DNA of 64,000 nt from Vicugna vicugna. Taxonomy: Eukaryota. Shown piece by piece: positions 59,346 to 64,000 of the stretch. The number at the start of each line of letters is the position of its first letter. Position 1 is the stretch's first letter. A model generated the notes under the pieces. It made no database searches. It saw nothing but the letters and a program-made list of their open reading frames with translations, and was not told the DNA's origin. The stretch lies in contig MU062367.1 of assembly GCA_013265495.1 (NCBI GenBank), positions 682,001 to 746,000 of the forward strand, written 5' to 3'. A program made the translations under genes and the position numbers.

Positions 59346-62319
59346 ATGAACAAAGCATATATACACTTAATCTTATCATTATAAAAACATATAAATATGT
59401 GCTTAGCAAAATCTGGAAGAGCAGACACTTAAACCGTAGCAGTGATTATCTCTGAGTAAAACAAACGTGGCTCTTTTATTTCTTTTTGGTTGTTTCCACT
59501 TTCCATTTTTTCTATGTTGATCAAGTTTTAAAGATGTCACTTTTTAAAAAGAAGCATATTGCTAAAAATGTCTTCCATAGAAACAAGTGTCAGAGTAAGT
59601 CTACACAATTACACGTAATAGAAAGTTGGTAAAACTTGAGTTGACGCTGAACTTTAGAACTAGACGTCGCAGAGCGTTCACACTGAGTTCATAGCCTCAA
59701 AGCCAATATAGATCAGTATTCATTGATTGACTTAGAGCACGTACCGTGTGTCCTTCTGATACAACAATGAACAGAACAGACAGAAACCTCTGCCCTCGTG
59801 GGGCTTCCATTCTAATAAGCCCCTCCGAAAGCTGTGACTTGCTTACAGAGGAAAAAGCAGCATCCTGTCATAATAAGTGATGTAATTACTCCAAGCTCCA
59901 ACCCTGCCTTTGGAGTTAGGCTAACACATAGTTAAGATTTTCGGCAAATGGTCCTATAGTGACATAATAATGTATATGCAGAACAGAGAGTGTTTTTTTT
60001 TTTAATATAATGATCTTAGAGTGTTTAATTCTGTTTCTTGGAAGTAAACAAGGGATTGCAGCACAAAACACTCTAGCAACAAATACAAGAACAGTCCTGT
60101 TCCCCTGGAGAATGACATAGAGACAGACGAGGGCTTCAGATTAAAATCTGGTGGTCGCACACGTCTGGGCTGGCTGATTTACTGCTGCTTCAGTCACAAT
60201 CCCTCTCCATATTCATTCTATTTTCTCTGCTCAGCATGAACCCAGGCAAAGTAGTATTGAATTTCCCACTTCTCAGCGTGAAGAAACACTTAGCGTTTGC
60301 TAGAATTCCGATTGTCAGAGCACAAACTCTCCTTGCCACTGGAGCCGCGGCAAATAGAGTTGAACCCGCTGACACAGATCGGCTCCCCACCGAGAGTGTG
60401 GAAACACTTCTACGCCTGCTGTCACCCTCACTCAAAATGCGGGGGGAAAGAAAAATTCATATAGTGCAGTGATTGCCTTTCCCTTCTCCAGGGGAACGTG
60501 ACTTGATGACAGGACAAGACAGCCGAGCCAGGGATGAGGGCACCATTTTGAATTTAATGGGGACCTTTCTTCTGGGGTCCTGGTGTGGCCTCTTGAGTAC
60601 TCCCATTTTTCTTCTGGCTGTTCCTGAGATATTCCTGGAAGTGGATCTGACCCTTCCCTTCTGATGCCTGGGCACCACCCCCAGCAGAGAAGAACCCAGC
60701 TGGGACCAGAACCCCTTCCCTTCACACGCTTGGTAATCAGCAAGTTAGACCCTTGTTCCTGTTGGGGGACAGGTCCACAAAGCCTGCACTTGCCTCCTAG
60801 AGCAATTTACTTGGAGAAAACGATCGCATTAGCTACTGAAGATTTGACAAAGGCACGCATCTCTGCACAGAGCCTGAACTTGGGAAAGCCGTTTTCTACG
60901 CTGCTTTCCAATGTGCTGAGGAAAAGAAAAGTTCAAGACAACTGACATGTCATCACCCTTTGTTATATCGTTTCACACAATGTTTGTTTTTCATGAAAGC
61001 GATGCTCTTTTAGGAGTTTTAATCCTCATTTGTTTGGATCTTATCTTTTTCATAAACGCAGTTCTTCCCGCCGGTGTCTGACTTCCACCCTTCCCTCTGC
61101 CACCACCAGTCTTCTATTCTCTCTGAGACCACTTGGCTTGGTGGCTACATTTTTTTTTCCCCATAGGAAACTAATGCATAGAATTATTCTTCTTCAGAAA
61201 ATAGATTGAGATGTATTCATATATCAAATTAGTAATAGCTGTTAGTTGGATTCAGGTACTGAAATATCAATGAGGTTTTTAAAGCTCCTCGTTTATTTAT
61301 TTAGTCTACTGTTTCCCAAAGTAACTTTCAATAAATTTGCATATGTAATAGGTGGTGTTGGGGGAAGGAGGGGTTCCTCAATTAAGCATAACTGGGTTAA
61401 GGTTAAACTGGTATATTCACGACAGAACCTCTCAGAGACCTGAATGATGGTAACATGTTATTATGAATCCTTAAAAACAGCTGATGAATGGCCTGTAGTT
61501 TTCCTCAGTTGTATTACGCTTTATCAAGCGTATTTCACACTTGCAGGAAGACTGGGGTAATTCACTCTCACTGTCCTTATCACGGCATCTCATGTCACAT
61601 CTTACTAATTCAGTGCTCCCTGCTGTTTGCACTGCGAGTGGACCAGAAAGAACAGTCACTGATGCTCGTCTAATCTAGGCGCAGCCTCATGCCCTTGAGT
61701 TAAACCATTATCTGCATTAGGACCCAACTCTATCTTTTCTCAGTCCCCAAAACATCAGTGTGATCTTTCGGAACCACTGCATGACAGCAGCATCGACTTG
61801 GAGAATTTCTGACTCTCTACCTCCAAAGGCAGCAGCTTGAGTTACTCTTGGCTTCTGAATAAGTTCTAATATCAAGAACTTTTTTTTAAAAAAAGGAGTG
61901 TTGGACATGTGTTTTCTTCTCTTTCAAAGATGATGCCATAACATGACCTCTGGTAAAAACATTTCCACCTGTAGACATTTTCTAACTGCATTTACACACA
62001 GACACACACACACAACAGGTACACTAAAATTAACAAGATAAAAAAATAATCATTTATTTTCTCTTAAATGTTGCTTTACATGAAGAATGAAATTCCATTG
62101 CCATACATTTCACTTCTAAAATCAGTGTCTATTGGTGGTCTCTGTCTGAAATTTGATGCAAAGTCCTTTTAAAAATGCACAAAAATCACCCATGAGTTTT
62201 GAACTGCAAGCGATTGAAATGTCAAATCCTTTCCACAGAGGATGGAATGACACAAGAACTGAGTCTGTGGTTTCCATTCCAGGACCTGCAATGGTAGAGT
62301 AATGGTAACATCTGACCTA

Positions 62320-62520
62320 CACCGTGTACGAGGCATAATGCTAAGAATTTAATGTGAACGAGCCATTAATCTTCACCACAATCCTATGAGGCAACAAGCA
62401 CTATCATCGCCTCCTTTTTGCGTGAGGAAACTGAGGCTTAAAGAGCTTAAGTAACTTGCCAAAGTTTACACAGGTAGCATTCAGGAAGTCTGGTCCACAT
62501 CCAAGCAATCCAACCTCAAA
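62320..62520 (-). mobile_element. MIR SINE
   Basis: ttaatcttcaccacaatcctatgagg...ttttgcgtgaggaaactgaggcttaaagagcttaagtaacttgccaaagtttacacaggtag. Confidence 0.8.
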
Positions 62521-64000
62521 GTCTTCCTCCCATATTTAAAATAACCTGGGACCCAAGTCAGAGAAAGTTTTAGTAACTACCATAAAAAGCTGAAACGGTG
62601 GCTCATTTATACTATCAATATTTGAGTATCTGTGATATACATGATTCTTGAATACCCTCGTTAGTAGCCATAGGAAGACTTCCTCTAAAGCAAAAGCAAG
62701 TCACTCCTCTTAGTACAGTTCATGTGGTAACAGCTCAGGAAGGAACTAACTAAATAAAGTTCCTGGCCGACAGGTCTCTTCCATACCTGCTTCTGTGTCT
62801 TCCCTCACCTGTGCGGGGTTGGGATGCCAACAGGTGTTCCAAAAGTCCAAACACTGGAGCCACACAAGCATGAGAGACTGGGACAGGCACTGCCTTGTGT
62901 AGTACGAATCTCGGGCTGGTGGAAATGGTGCTTCTCACTCATTCTGCCCTCTCCAGAGAGTCGGCCTGATGTCAGTTCTGGCCTCCGGATCTGTCTTCTC
63001 TCTAGATTCTTTCTAGCTTCTTTCTGGGCCATCCTCTCAGAGTATTGGGAATTCCAAACCCAACTTATGCCTGATTGTGATCAGGTCAGCCACATTAGCA
63101 CATTTGGTATGAAGCCACTGCATTCTGAAGATGAGCTCATGGGAACACACACAATCAGCCAAAAGCCTCCTCCCCTGCTAACATCAGCTCTGTGGGGAGC
63201 AGAATCAAGACAGGTTCATCTCAATCCCAGAGGCAGAAACACACCCTTCCAAACTAGCAGTTAGGCTGAATTGACTTTCAAAGCTGGCCTCTTCCTTAAA
63301 GGGCAAGTGGAAGATGTTAACTGGTTTCACCAGAACAGGAGACTGGGTCCTTGTTCTTTACCTACGCTTCCCAGCAGACTTTTTAAAAAATTGAAAGTGA
63401 AATATAATGACTTTTTGTGAACCCAGGGCTTTGCTGTCTAAGGAGCCCAGTAGCATGGCCTTTCTGCCATACCATTCACTGATCTCACATCCATCGTCTC
63501 ATTTGTAGCTGCCCCTCTCCTTGGAAGGTCCGATTCAGTTCTGTCTCTGTCCCCATATAACTGGGATACAAGATTTCAATTTCTTATTAAAAAAAAGAAA
63601 AAGAGAGACCATAACACTCGCTGCAGAGGCAGCAGTGATCACGAAAAGAAATCGAGCCATGTGTGTGAAGCAGCCAGCACAGAGCAGACCACAGTAGGCA
63701 CTCCCTCAGTATCAGTTTCCAAGTTTCCATCCCTTTCCTCAGAGGAAGACCTTGCATTTCAGGAATTACATGGAAGATTTGCAATTGCCAGGAAAACTCA
63801 GGAGCAGCATACTTCCCCAGCTAGGGGATTCATTTTTCTCAAGACATAAAAGCATTAGGTGAAGGCCACACTGATAGTTGTCCTTTCCTTTTGTAGAGAT
63901 ACAATCTAGCAACCTTAACCCAGCCGGAAAATTACTCTTAAACCATGCACATTAGACGTAGTCTTGTCTAAGGTGACAGTCTATTCTGAAATGCCTCAAG

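Noticed and set aside
1-64000. tRNA, rRNA, CRISPR arrays, intact retroviral or transposase ORFs, CpG island
   Set aside because: None seen; all transposon copies are truncated or degraded, and CpG density is low throughout.

Overview
Mammalian (eutherian) genomic DNA, most likely camelid. That assignment is inferred from a young camelid-type L1 3' end and the absence of recognisable lineage-specific SINEs. The window holds one complete gene, PPP1R17 (G-substrate/GSBS, + strand). It has a probable non-coding exon 1 at about 15110-15196, coding exons at 20405-20486, 22243-22395, 23869-24021 and 29776-29855 (468 nt, 155 aa, PKG sites Thr68/Thr119 intact), and a poly(A) signal at 31030. Facing it tail-to-tail is the last coding exon and ~2.1 kb 3'UTR of PDE1C (- strand, 58638-58469, C-terminus VIKPPLRH...SHNWNRK). 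The rest is intronic or intergenic DNA rich in old L1, L2, MIR, MaLR/ERV LTRs and hAT transposon relics, plus a 212-N assembly gap. Highlights: (1) a candidate unrecognised alternative terminal exon of PDE1C at 38221-37848 (-), with a very strong NAGNAG acceptor in the same phase as the canonical last exon, a 124-codon basic open frame, a perfect 14-bp hairpin and a candidate poly(A) signal downstream; (2) a full-length U6/L1 chimeric retropseudogene; (3) a young L1 with a perfect 16-bp TSD nested in an older L1; (4) the two 153-nt duplicated phospho-site exons of PPP1R17. All family names and homologies were recognised by eye, not by database search. Repeat boundaries are approximate.
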